Part shown: positions 54,622 through 64,000 of the stretch, piece after piece
Layout of the letters: the number at the start of each line of letters is the position of its first letter
Position numbering within the stretch: position 1 is the first letter of the stretch
IMG/VR virus record: IMGVR_UViG_3300025053_000003
Location: 10,716 to 74,715 of that record
Direction: 5' to 3' (one strand)
Length of the DNA stretch: 64,000 nt
DNA from: a virus
Taxonomy: Duplodnaviria > Caudoviricetes
The notes under the pieces: generated by a model
Seen by the model: the letters and a program-made list of their open reading frames with translations, nothing else
Told to the model about the DNA's origin: nothing
The model's database searches: none
Made by a program: the position numbers and the translations under genes

Positions 54622-54684
54622 CGCAAAGTTCAGCGGAGCCGCCGCTGAAACGTATTGTTAAGCATTTTAAACAGGAGAATTGAG

Positions 54685-54972
54685 ATGGAAACGCCATTGA
54701 TCTGCACGATTGAAGACGGATGTTTGGTGGTGAAAATTGGGATCAGTACTCTTGCTTTTGCCGCCGCAAACTGCGAAGAGTTTTGGGATGGAGAGAGCGG
54801 CACCGATGTGCCAACCGTTAAAGTTACTGACGAAGCCCTGTTTGCCAAAGAAGTGCGCCGGATGCTGCTTGATGAAGCAGAAGACGGCTCAACGCTACTG
54901 ACTGGCATGATTGACCAAGCAATAATCAACGCTGTGGAAGATGGCTGTGAAGGCGTCGATCACGATGCTTAA
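54685..54972 (+). CDS. cassette 2 gene, small acidic hypothetical
   Basis: AGGAG RBS; stop inside the R'' box GCTTAAC. Confidence 0.7.
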   Translation: METPLICTIEDGCLVVKIGISTLAFAAANCEEFWDGESGTDVPTVKVTDEALFAKEVRRMLLDEAEDGSTLLTGMIDQAIINAVEDGCEGVDHDA

Positions 54973-55067
54973 CGCTAAACTCAGCCGACCGCGCCAGTGA
55001 GCTTGAATTTAACCCGGTGCTTCTCGCGGTCGGCTGTAGCATTTTGTTGGACTGTCTGCGTATATTG

Positions 55068-55724
55068 CTATTGTATTTTGCAAAGTTCTTTAACTACTTT
55101 TGAAATGTATTTCTGCTTAGTTTCGTCGTCATAATTTTCTATTTTTGATAGTTCTGAACTATGGATAATAACAATTTTATCCGTAGATAGCTGTTTAGCA
55201 ATTGAAGGATGGTTAATCCACTTCTCAGAGTTCAAGTCGATTAATTTGTATGATCCTTTATCTTTTGGGTAAAAGATTGCATCTTTCTTGGTTGGGTTTT
55301 CTCTAAATGCAGATAGAAATATATTAAAAATTATATCCCATGACCAATCTGGGTGAAGTGTCATAGGCAATCTGTTTATTTTAGAATTGTAAAATATGAA
55401 TATCTCTAATTTAACTTCTTTTGGGTTTAGTATCACCAGATGCCTTTTCCTGGAAAACATAGTGAGGACAAGCAATGCAATTAACGATAATAGAGAGAGG
55501 ATTTCAGATAGGAGTACCCGTATTTTGTATTTTGATGCAGGGTCTATGGCTCCTGTTGCTACAAAGTTTGAGGGATCAAATGCCGTCCAAATGCCTATTC
55601 CCAATCCTGCTAACGGCAGGAATGAATATCCCATTATTTTATGAAATGCTTTGTCGTGGAATACAAGGAACTTTAGGAATTGCACCGTTTGATTATCCTT
55701 TCCCATTTTGGATATATTACACAT
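55068..55724 (-). CDS. cassette 3 gene, two-TM membrane protein in reverse orientation
   Basis: Two hydrophobic segments then a soluble domain; AT-rich compared with neighbouring cassettes. Confidence 0.7.
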   Translation of the reverse strand: MCNISKMGKDNQTVQFLKFLVFHDKAFHKIMGYSFLPLAGLGIGIWTAFDPSNFVATGAIDPASKYKIRVLLSEILSLLSLIALLVLTMFSRKRHLVILNPKEVKLEIFIFYNSKINRLPMTLHPDWSWDIIFNIFLSAFRENPTKKDAIFYPKDKGSYKLIDLNSEKWINHPSIAKQLSTDKIVIIHSSELSKIENYDDETKQKYISKVVKELCKIQ

Positions 55725-56624
55725 TGGTTGTTTGGTCAGTTATAGCCCAACGCCAAGGGTAACTTGCCGCTTGCCCTGGAAAGACGCGGCACGAAGAAAG
55801 GAGAAATTAGCCATGAATGAACTTGATAACGCCACAGGGCAAGCGGTCAATGTTGACCCGCTTGTTATGCCAAGTCCTGATTCAATACGAGCAGTCATAG
55901 ACGGGATTTTCACCAATTCCCAAACTGAATTTCTCGCTTTGGACGAGGCTGGGCTTGACAAGTTCTGGCACTTTCGCTGGTCTGACAACTGCGATTTTGC
56001 CATGAACCTCTATCGTTTTCATAAGGCACTATCCCTGTACGGGAATTTCTGCCGCCGATGGGAAGAGCTACACAATGGGACGTGCTGTGTGGTGGAGAGA
56101 GTTAGGGATAAATATTTGCTCCCGAAATTCCAGATGCTGATCGAGATGGCCAACTTTAACCCCGAAGAGCATTTACGTAAATTAGGACAGATTGACGGTG
56201 ACGACCATTTGTATTGGACTATTGATGCAATGGTGCAACGGCATGATATAAGTAAATTGTCATTTAAGGAATTTATTCCTTACCAACAGAATTTTTATCC
56301 GGTAGGCGAAAAGGAAACATCTAATTTTAAGAATGCTTGGGCGCACCATTTAACTCATAACCCTCACCATTGGGAAAGTTGGATAGGGATAAAAGAAAAA
56401 TTTCCCAATGAGCAAGCCTGTCATTGTGTCTGTATGGTAATTGATTGGATGGCCATGGGAATGAAATTCGGCGATACAGCAGAAGAGTATTATGAGTTGA
56501 ATAAGCATAAAATTTATATCCCAGGGTGGGCTAAGACTTTTATCCAAGAAATATTCAGTAGGATTAAATTGTATACAGAGAAGATCAACACTAAGTAACA
56601 CAATCCGTAACTTTAGGCGTACCG

Positions 56625-57944
56625 ATGCACAACAAAATAATCAAAACACTTTGCAATGCCAATTATTCTGTCCATATTGTCGGTGGAGCAGTACGTGACC
56701 TTCTTTCTGGTGAAACGCCCAACGATTTTGACATAGTGACGGAGGCTGGAGTTAATCAAATCATCCCTTTATTCCCTGACTATAAGGTAGATTTAGTTGG
56801 GGAATCGTTCAACGTCTTGATAATTGAGGGAATTGAAGTCTCCAGCTACAGGACGGACTGTTATCACAACGGAGAATTAATCGGCTGTACCCCTGCGTTA
56901 ACTATTGAAGAAGACCTTTCCCGCCGTGACCTTACTATCAATAGCATTGCCCTTTGCCCAGTTAGCGGCGATATTATTGATCCATTTGATGGCCTTTCTG
57001 ATTTAAAAAATAAAATAATTAAATTTACAGGGAATCCAGAAAACCGGATTAAGGAAGACCCTTGCCGGATACTAAGAGCCTGTCGTTTCCTTGCTAAAAT
57101 TGGTGGAACATTTGATGACGAAACAAGTTATGCTTTAGATACAAATGGACGGTTAGCTAAGACGATAGCCCCTGAAAGAATCAGAACCGAAATTATGAAA
57201 GCAATGAATACAAAGAAGGCGTCATTATTCTTTGGTTCAATGGCTTATATTGGGATTTTAGAATTTGTCTTAAAGGATCTTGATTCCTGTTATGGTTTGG
57301 ATGGTGGACAATATCATAATGAATCAGTCTTTGCCCACAGTATGATTGCTGGTGATGCAATTCATCCTAAATTTCCGCTACTTAAGCTGGCCGCTTATCT
57401 CCACGACATTGGAAAATATCAGTCTTCTGAATATGACGAGTACGATGAGATTACTTTTCATGCTCACGAGAAAATAGGATCTGATATTGTAAAGGAAGAA
57501 TTAAAAAGACTCAAATTTAGTAATGAAGAAATTAAATATATTTCTAACCTAATAGAATTTCACATGAGGAGCTTAAGGGATATTTCGCCTAAAGCAATGA
57601 GGCGATTGATTTCTAAATTTTATGAAAACGATATCAACTACAAGGATTATTTGAGGTTAAAAATTGCTGACCGTAAAGCGAATCTAAAGAAAAATCCCTT
57701 TACAATCCAAGAAATAAAGGTTATGATACGTCTGTTCCAAGCTGAGATTAATTGTGAAAAGCCTACTTTTTCAGTGAAGGATCTGGCGATCAATGGGGCT
57801 GATGTGATGCAGGTTCTTGGAATTCCACCGGGTAAGCGGGTAGGGGTGATTCTGAAGGGGTTGTTCGAAGCCGTATTGAACAACCCTGAATTGAATAACA
57901 GAGAAATATTATTGGAATTGGTGAAAGGAAATGTCATATCTTAA
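56625..57944 (+). CDS. cca: CCA tRNA nucleotidyltransferase with HD domain
   Basis: VGGAVRD...DFD, DLSRRDLTIN, EDPCRILRACRF, LHDIGK. Confidence 0.92.
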   Translation: MHNKIIKTLCNANYSVHIVGGAVRDLLSGETPNDFDIVTEAGVNQIIPLFPDYKVDLVGESFNVLIIEGIEVSSYRTDCYHNGELIGCTPALTIEEDLSRRDLTINSIALCPVSGDIIDPFDGLSDLKNKIIKFTGNPENRIKEDPCRILRACRFLAKIGGTFDDETSYALDTNGRLAKTIAPERIRTEIMKAMNTKKASLFFGSMAYIGILEFVLKDLDSCYGLDGGQYHNESVFAHSMIAGDAIHPKFPLLKLAAYLHDIGKYQSSEYDEYDEITFHAHEKIGSDIVKEELKRLKFSNEEIKYISNLIEFHMRSLRDISPKAMRRLISKFYENDINYKDYLRLKIADRKANLKKNPFTIQEIKVMIRLFQAEINCEKPTFSVKDLAINGADVMQVLGIPPGKRVGVILKGLFEAVLNNPELNNREILLELVKGNVIS

Positions 57945-58827
57945 GAAGGTAAAAGATAAAGGGCTTATTACTATCAACCAGAAATTTGTGGTTGATCAAT
58001 TACAATATGAATGTATTATGGGGTCTGCTGCTTATGGAGTAGCCAACACTGATTCCGATCTAGATATTTATGGATTTTGTATCCCGAACAAAGATATGAT
58101 TTTCCCACATCTTAAAGGTGAAATTTTAGGGTTTGGAGATCAAATTCAAAGGTTTGAGCAATTTCAATGCCACCACGTCATAGATAAAGAGACAGGCAAA
58201 GAGTATGACTTTTCAATCTTTTCTATTGTAAAATTCTTTCAACTGTGTATGGAAAATAATCCGAATTTTCTCGAAATGATTCATACCCCCAGAAATCTGA
58301 TTACTCATTCTACTAAAGTGGGAGAGATGGTTAGAGAGAATAGGAATCAATTTCTAAGCAAACGGTGCTGGAATAAGATGAAATCTTACGCTTTTTCGCA
58401 AATGCATAAGATGAAGAATAAAAATCCATTACCGGGAAGTAAAAGGTACAAAGATGTTCAAGCGAATGGGATGGACACAAAATATCTGTACCACTTAGTC
58501 CGGCTCTTATCTCAAGCGGAACAAATATTAATTGAGCATGATTTAGATCTTCAGAGATCTAAAGAAAAATTGAAAGCTATTAGACGGGGAGAATGGGAAC
58601 CTGATGATATAGAAAAATATTTTATGTCAAGAGAACAGGAACTCGAAAAGGTCTATCTAAATAGCACATTGCGAGTCAAACCAGATGAGAAAGTAATTAA
58701 GCAACTGCTAATCGATTGTTTAGAGGAGCATTTTGGGTCATTAGGTGATTGCGTTGTAATCCAGAATCAAACCGAACTAATCATCAACGAATTGGAAGAG
58801 ATAGTGAATAAATACAGAACATGTTAA
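57931..58827 (+). CDS. Pol-beta-superfamily nucleotidyltransferase (RlaP/Nuc-transf-like)
   Basis: GSAAYG...DSDLD, NNPNFLE, YHLVRLL. Confidence 0.85.
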   Translation: MSYLKKVKDKGLITINQKFVVDQLQYECIMGSAAYGVANTDSDLDIYGFCIPNKDMIFPHLKGEILGFGDQIQRFEQFQCHHVIDKETGKEYDFSIFSIVKFFQLCMENNPNFLEMIHTPRNLITHSTKVGEMVRENRNQFLSKRCWNKMKSYAFSQMHKMKNKNPLPGSKRYKDVQANGMDTKYLYHLVRLLSQAEQILIEHDLDLQRSKEKLKAIRRGEWEPDDIEKYFMSREQELEKVYLNSTLRVKPDEKVIKQLLIDCLEEHFGSLGDCVVIQNQTELIINELEEIVNKYRTC

Positions 58828-58851
58828 ATTCACTAAGCGTAGCCGTTTCTA

Positions 58852-58903
58852 AGCGTGATTTAAGGTGCCGGGTATACCTGACTACCATAGAGCGTGAAAG
58901 TCG
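58852..58903 (-). repeat. dispersed intergenic element, copy 2
   Basis: Inverted match to 12485-12536. Confidence 0.75.
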
Positions 58904-58939
58904 CTTAAATCTTCAACTGTATAGTTAAATTGACACAGT

Positions 58940-59248
58940 GTGAATTATATGATAAAAGATATAGATGTTGCTTACAAGTTTATCGCCTTAAAACAATCTG
59001 CCAAAAGTAGAAATATCGAATTCAATTTATCTTTAACCTCAGTCAAAAATTTAATGAAAGCAAAACGTTGCCATTATACCAGAAAAGAATTAAGCAACAA
59101 CAATCGCTCAATCGACAGGATCGATAATTCTAAAGGTTACGTCAAAGGCAATGTCTGTGCCTGCACTGTGGATATTAATGGAAGAAAAGGCAATCTTAGT
59201 ATTAAAGAAATTGAATGTCTTTATAAGCGGTGTAAGGAGATTAGATGA
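58940..59248 (+). CDS. HNH-like small endonuclease
   Basis: CHYT...SIDRIDNSKGYVKGNVCAC. Confidence 0.6.
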   Translation: MNYMIKDIDVAYKFIALKQSAKSRNIEFNLSLTSVKNLMKAKRCHYTRKELSNNNRSIDRIDNSKGYVKGNVCACTVDINGRKGNLSIKEIECLYKRCKEIR

Positions 59249-59429
59249 TGGGAACGGAAGATGATGTGGTGGAGCAAGAAGAGGATGGCGGCAGTTGCCC
59301 AGAATGTGGAGGGATATTGACTACCTTATGGAGTGGCGTAAAGTGTAATAATTGTGGATATTGGTTTTGCATTTAAACGAATCAACCTTAAATAGTAACT
59401 AATTTCATTACTTAACTGGAGTAGAACAA

Positions 59430-60734
59430 ATGAGTAATTACGCAGCAACTGTATTTCAAATTGATAATCTCAGACACCACATGGATGCCCAAAAATTAAT
59501 TTGTAGTACGATTTTCGGGAACAATGTAATAGTCTCCATTAATACCCAGATTGGTGATGTTGGCCTTTATTTCGTCCCGGAGTGCCAACTATCGGAAGAT
59601 TTCTGTACCGCCAACGACCTTATCCGGCGTAAAGACAGTGAGGGCAAATCAGCAGGAGGGATGCTGGATGTGAATAGAAGAATCAGAACGCTCAAATTAA
59701 GAGGTGAAAAGAGTATGGGATTTTGGATTCCTATTTCTTCTCTTAATAAAACATTCGAATCACTTAACAAACTAATTCCAGAAGTGCAAGTTGGTGATGA
59801 ATTTGAAGAGTTAAATGGTGTTCCTATTTGCTGCAAATATATTGTTCCAGTTAAATGGAAGCCGGCTAATCCTTCAGCAAAGAAAGGGAAGAAACCTGTA
59901 GAGTCTAGGCTCATTGATGGGCAATTTACGCATCATTTTGATACGGCTCAATTAGCCAAGAATATATTCAAGATTAAGAAAGATTCTTTAATTTCAGTAA
60001 CTTGGAAGATGCACGGAAGTAGTGGCATTACAGGGCGAGTTCTGGTTAAGAAACCTCTTAAATTATATGAAAAAATTCTAAAGAAAATTGGGGTCAATAT
60101 CATCGATTCAGAGTATGATTACATTTACTCAAGTCGTAGGGTAATTAAAAATGGTAAAATGATAACAGGGCCGGGATTTTATGGGGAAGACCTCTGGACG
60201 CATTCAGGAGAGCAGTTCAAGGGTAAACTGCATAAGGGCGAAAATATTTTTTACGAAATTTGCGGATTTACCCCAGGTGGAAGGCCAATTCAAAAGAATT
60301 TCGATTACAGTTGTAAGCAATGTGAGTACAAGATTTATATTTACAGGATTACGCAGATTAACATTGATGGGGTCGTAACAGAGTTACCTTGGCACCAAGT
60401 TAAGCATAGAGCATTGGAATTAGGGCAGGAAACAGTCCCCGAAATTTATTATGGGAAAGCGAATGATTGGTTCGATGAAATTTGCGCTTGGTCTGAAGAC
60501 AGATGGAAGGATGAATTTTTTAACAAATTAAGAGAAACTTATGTTTGCGATCAGGACTCTCAATTTTGCCGGTCGATTGTCCCAGAAGAGGGTGTTGTCG
60601 TTCGGCTTGAATTAGGTGACGGAATTGAGAATCTAAAATTGAAAAGTTTTCGCTTTTTATTGGCCGAATCAAATCAACTTGACAGTGGCGAATGTGATAT
60701 GGAAAGTGAAGAATCTTTTGAGGAGGCAACATAA
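59430..60734 (+). CDS. ATP-dependent RNA ligase (Rnl2/DRB0094-like) with N-terminal tRNA-binding-like domain
   Basis: Motif I TWKMHG, III FYEICG, IV EEGVVVR, V LKLKS. Confidence 0.82.
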   Translation: MSNYAATVFQIDNLRHHMDAQKLICSTIFGNNVIVSINTQIGDVGLYFVPECQLSEDFCTANDLIRRKDSEGKSAGGMLDVNRRIRTLKLRGEKSMGFWIPISSLNKTFESLNKLIPEVQVGDEFEELNGVPICCKYIVPVKWKPANPSAKKGKKPVESRLIDGQFTHHFDTAQLAKNIFKIKKDSLISVTWKMHGSSGITGRVLVKKPLKLYEKILKKIGVNIIDSEYDYIYSSRRVIKNGKMITGPGFYGEDLWTHSGEQFKGKLHKGENIFYEICGFTPGGRPIQKNFDYSCKQCEYKIYIYRITQINIDGVVTELPWHQVKHRALELGQETVPEIYYGKANDWFDEICAWSEDRWKDEFFNKLRETYVCDQDSQFCRSIVPEEGVVVRLELGDGIENLKLKSFRFLLAESNQLDSGECDMESEESFEEAT

Positions 60735-61335
60735 AATGAAAGAACTAAACCAAGTTAAAGAAATAGTTAAAAATGCCGAATTGATGAACCTAAAAGAGAC
60801 TCTACAGAAAGCCGAAGAAAACCTTCCGATGTTAATTGAGCATTATAATTATATGGCGAAACTTTGGATGGCGAAATACAATGCCCTAATTAGTGTTGGG
60901 TTCACTGAAGAACAAAGCATTAGGATGTGTATGGTTCCTGAACATTATCAGAGGAGGGAAGAATAGTGTTTAACATCGGTGATAAAGTCGAAATTTTAAG
61001 GAAAGATATATTCCATTTGAAAAATGTTAAACGCCCAATTTATGGGTTTGTCCAAAATGTAGATGGTGATTATATTGATGTAATGCCAGAAGGCGTTGAC
61101 TGGATTATAGAACTATATCCTAATGAAATTAAAGAGGCAGAATAATGGCATACGCTGATTATAGATTATGTGATATTTGTGGTGGGAAAGCATTTTATGA
61201 TGCTAATTTGAATTATGAATTTAGTACCCAGAAAGAACCGATCCCGGTAGAAGAACTTATAACAGGTAAAAGTTATGGACTTGACAGATTAGGTGATTGG
61301 GTAGTGATTTGCCTTGATTGTGCTAAAACTCATAA

Positions 61336-62271
61336 ATGTATTATTGTCGAGAAATGAATAATGACTTCGATGTACTGGCTTATTTGAACGATCATCCAGA
61401 TATAGAATGGAATAAATCTGGAAAGAATATCGGAAAGTTAGTTGGGTTGAAAAGTTGTTTTTGGTGCGGGGATGATGCTTATCATTTAGGGATTTCGATA
61501 AGCCCTACTCAATTCCTTTCATGTTGGAAGTGTGGCTATCACAGTATAACAGATTTTTTAGTCAAAACAGAAGGCTCATATCATAAAGCTAAAGAAATCC
61601 TCAATAGATATAAATTAAATCCATCTGATATTCTGGAAGAAATTCAAGAATTAGAAAATGAAGAAGAACACCAGAACACTAAATTAATTTTACCTAAATC
61701 ATTTACTTCTGTTCTTCCGCAAATAGCGAAGGATTATTTAAAGAAGCGCAGGTACTCATATCTCGAAATTCAGAAAAAATATGACGTGATGTGGAGCGGG
61801 GAATTTGGCCGCGCCTCTTGGAGAGTCATCTTTCCTGTTTACATGGATAACAAGTTAGTAAATTGGATAGGGCGAGACGTAAGTGAAAGCCCAAGAGCAC
61901 TACCTTATATTTTCGCCTTAGACAGCGAAGCCGTGGTGAAACGTGCTGGCTTAATTTTTAACTACGACAGCATCAAGGAGGGTGGATCAGTAATAATCAC
62001 CGAAGGCGTAATGGATGCTTGTAGAGTTGATGGGGTGGCACTCTTGTCGGTGAATTTTACCAAAATGCAGCTCATTGCCTTGAAGCAAAAGAAATTAAAA
62101 ACCGCCTATTTGGCCATGGACAACGATGAACCAGGCAGAAGGGCACAGAAAAAACTTGAAGGTTCAATGAGTTCTTTTGTTGCAAATGTTTTTAATGTTG
62201 AGTATAATACGCATGATTTAGATGGGCTGGGTGACGATGAAGTTAGAGAGCTAAAACGAATGATAGCATAG
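61336..62271 (+). CDS. DNA primase (zinc finger plus Toprim)
   Basis: CFWC...CWKC, ITEGVMD, MDNDEPG. Confidence 0.85.
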   Translation: MYYCREMNNDFDVLAYLNDHPDIEWNKSGKNIGKLVGLKSCFWCGDDAYHLGISISPTQFLSCWKCGYHSITDFLVKTEGSYHKAKEILNRYKLNPSDILEEIQELENEEEHQNTKLILPKSFTSVLPQIAKDYLKKRRYSYLEIQKKYDVMWSGEFGRASWRVIFPVYMDNKLVNWIGRDVSESPRALPYIFALDSEAVVKRAGLIFNYDSIKEGGSVIITEGVMDACRVDGVALLSVNFTKMQLIALKQKKLKTAYLAMDNDEPGRRAQKKLEGSMSSFVANVFNVEYNTHDLDGLGDDEVRELKRMIA

Positions 62272-63487
62272 GAGGACGATATGTGGCATATTTATTACGA
62301 TGTGTACCAATCCTATAGAGACAACGACAATTACGCGTCATCTAGTATAATTTATTCAAGCTACGTGACTGGAGACACCGTTAGTAAAGCAAAAGATAAC
62401 CTGATCAAAAAGCTTGGAGAGAACAGTTATCTTGAATCAGTCGTCTCTACATATGCAGAGGGATTAGGCAGTTACGATAATTGTTATAATGTTGAGATTA
62501 ATGACGTAATTTTTGTCAAAGACCGCATTGATTTATCGTTTTCTGATATTGAGCAGTTTAAAAAATGGTAGAAAGCAGGCAACTCGAAATTGGAAAGCCT
62601 TAATAAAAAGAAAGTAGAGATAGATAGGGAAAAGAAAGAGGCGGAAGAGAAGTTACAATTAGCGATTCTAAAAGAAAAATACGAGAATTAAAAGAACGAT
62701 CGCATAGGTGACGATATGTTTATGTCAATGTTCATGCCCGAAAAAGACAATAGGAGGGTAGTCTTGGGGCGGCTTAGGGGTGGCAATCTAAATCTTGCGG
62801 GTGTTTTCTCAGGAATTAGCTAAACAGAGAACAAAACATCACCGGCAAGTGTTATCCAATTATCAGTTACGAAGAAATAAATAATGAAATGGGGGATTAG
62901 GGGACAAAATGTACAATAAACTAAAAGAATTAGGCGAAAGGTACAAAATGAGGGGCGTAGTGAAGACGCCGTTATTGTGTTTTCTGCTATGGTAAAATTT
63001 TGTGAATCTCCTAAACCAAAATATGAAAAATTGGCTACTGTTGATGGGGTTTTAGTTCACCAACAATGGTATAGTTAACTATGACTAAATTAAAACGGCT
63101 GATTAGATATATTCGACGGGCTTACGTTAAAATTAGATATGGGGAATTGACAGAGCATGTTATGGCGACCGCTGGTGATAATGTTCCAGCAGAGATTGAA
63201 TACAGAGATAAGAAAGGTAGAGCAATTGGATTTTGGGCTTATGGATATTTCCATCCAGATCTCCCGTATCAAGGATAAATCATGAAGCTTAAAATTGTTT
63301 ATTATAATGGGCATGTTAATATAGATTCTGACGACTTTGCTTATTCACTGATTTCCAATATGTATAAAACGGGTCACGGAGTTGGATTACAATTAAACGA
63401 CGAGGAAGATAGGCAGTGGGTTGGTAGAATGTGTTATGAACTTTCAGAAGTAATTTTAAAATACAGCGGAGATGAGAAGGAGATTAA

Positions 63488-64000
63488 ATGCGCGTAAAAA
63501 TAGGTGGGCACAAGTCATGGGTAGGTTGCTATCAAATAGCGGAAATGTTATGTTTCTGGGCTAAAAAAGACAAGGATGGAGAAAAGCCCGATTATGTTCA
63601 CGATTTTGGAACATGGTTATCGGAAACTAAAACAGGTGAAGATTCGCGGCTTACGAAATTCTGTGAATGGATATACTCCAAACGCAAACGCAATATTAAA
63701 ATTCACGATTACGACATTTGGAATTTTGACAGCACCCTTGCTATTTTAATACTTCCCGGTCTTAAAATGATTAAGGAAGATAAGCACGGTGCTCCATTTG
63801 TTGATGACGAAGATGTACCAGATGAATTAAAATCAACCAATGCCCCTCTGAAAGAAAATGAACATGATACTGATTCGTTATGGTTCCAGAGATGGGATTG
63901 GGTATTAGATGAAATGATTTGGAGTTTTACCAATTTGCAACCAGATTCTGACTGGGAGAGTCAATTCCATTCAGGGGTGAGTGATTTTAAATTTGAAAAA
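63488..64000 (+). CDS. conserved large-phage hypothetical protein (runs off window end)
   Basis: Not in ORF track; MRVKIG...KIHDYDIWNFDSTLAILILP...KHGAPFVDDEDVP...RWDWVLDEMIW. Confidence 0.65.
   Translation, partial: MRVKIGGHKSWVGCYQIAEMLCFWAKKDKDGEKPDYVHDFGTWLSETKTGEDSRLTKFCEWIYSKRKRNIKIHDYDIWNFDSTLAILILPGLKMIKEDKHGAPFVDDEDVPDELKSTNAPLKENEHDTDSLWFQRWDWVLDEMIWSFTNLQPDSDWESQFHSGVSDFKFEK

Larger units (their letters stand above)
53823..56207 (+). mobile_element. circularly permuted array of four attC-bounded, integron-like gene cassettes; no integrase
   Basis: attC-like sites at 53839-53896, 54616-54663, 54967-55052, 55745-55870; GACGACCA direct repeat at 53815-53822 and 56200-56207. Confidence 0.85.
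53689..56598 (+). pseudogene. second HD/DUF5662-like gene, split by a 2385-bp insertion
   Basis: 53689-53822 joined to 56208-56598 reads MEGIKHIDKIRKYCDY...FIWDDHLYWTIDAMVQRHDISK..., colinear with 14768-15301. Confidence 0.9.

Noticed and set aside
53815-56207. Transposon with an 8-bp target-site duplication
   Set aside because: No transposase or terminal inverted repeats; the 8-mer is needed in frame by both rebuilt genes, which indicates crossover at shared homology.
1-64000. Host or taxon assignment and lysogeny module
   Set aside because: No integrase, att site or host genes in the window; FliA-type promoters and PilZ only suggest a flagellated bacterial host.

Overview
A 64-kb piece of a large, AT-rich tailed dsDNA phage (Caudoviricetes). 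No integrase, rRNA or CRISPR array is visible. Positions 1-10.6 kb (minus strand) hold an HK97-type packaging/head module: terS, terL, portal and prohead protease, with HNH genes, a DNA methyltransferase and a metallophosphoesterase interspersed. Positions 11-64 kb (almost all plus strand) hold early, accessory and replication genes: PhoH, a DUF932-like protein, an AAA ATPase, an SF2 helicase, a lambda-O-like initiator with iterons, DnaB, primase, methyltransferases, a CCA enzyme, a nucleotidyltransferase, an RNA ligase, a PilZ protein, a solo TnpB and an abnormal tRNA-Thr. Main observations: (1) a 2385-bp insert (53823-56207) is a circularly permuted array of four integron-like (attC-bounded) cassettes that entered a phage gene through an 8-bp microhomology; (2) the sequence at the 3' end of tnpB recurs 5.4 kb away behind TTGAT, as a TnpB guide/target pair would; (3) sigma-28 (FliA)-type promoters precede the packaging operon, the replication initiator and tnpB; (4) the tRNA-Thr has a 10-nt insertion in its anticodon loop; (5) several genes, including terL, carry nonsense or frameshift lesions. 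Product calls come from motifs read by eye, not from database searches.
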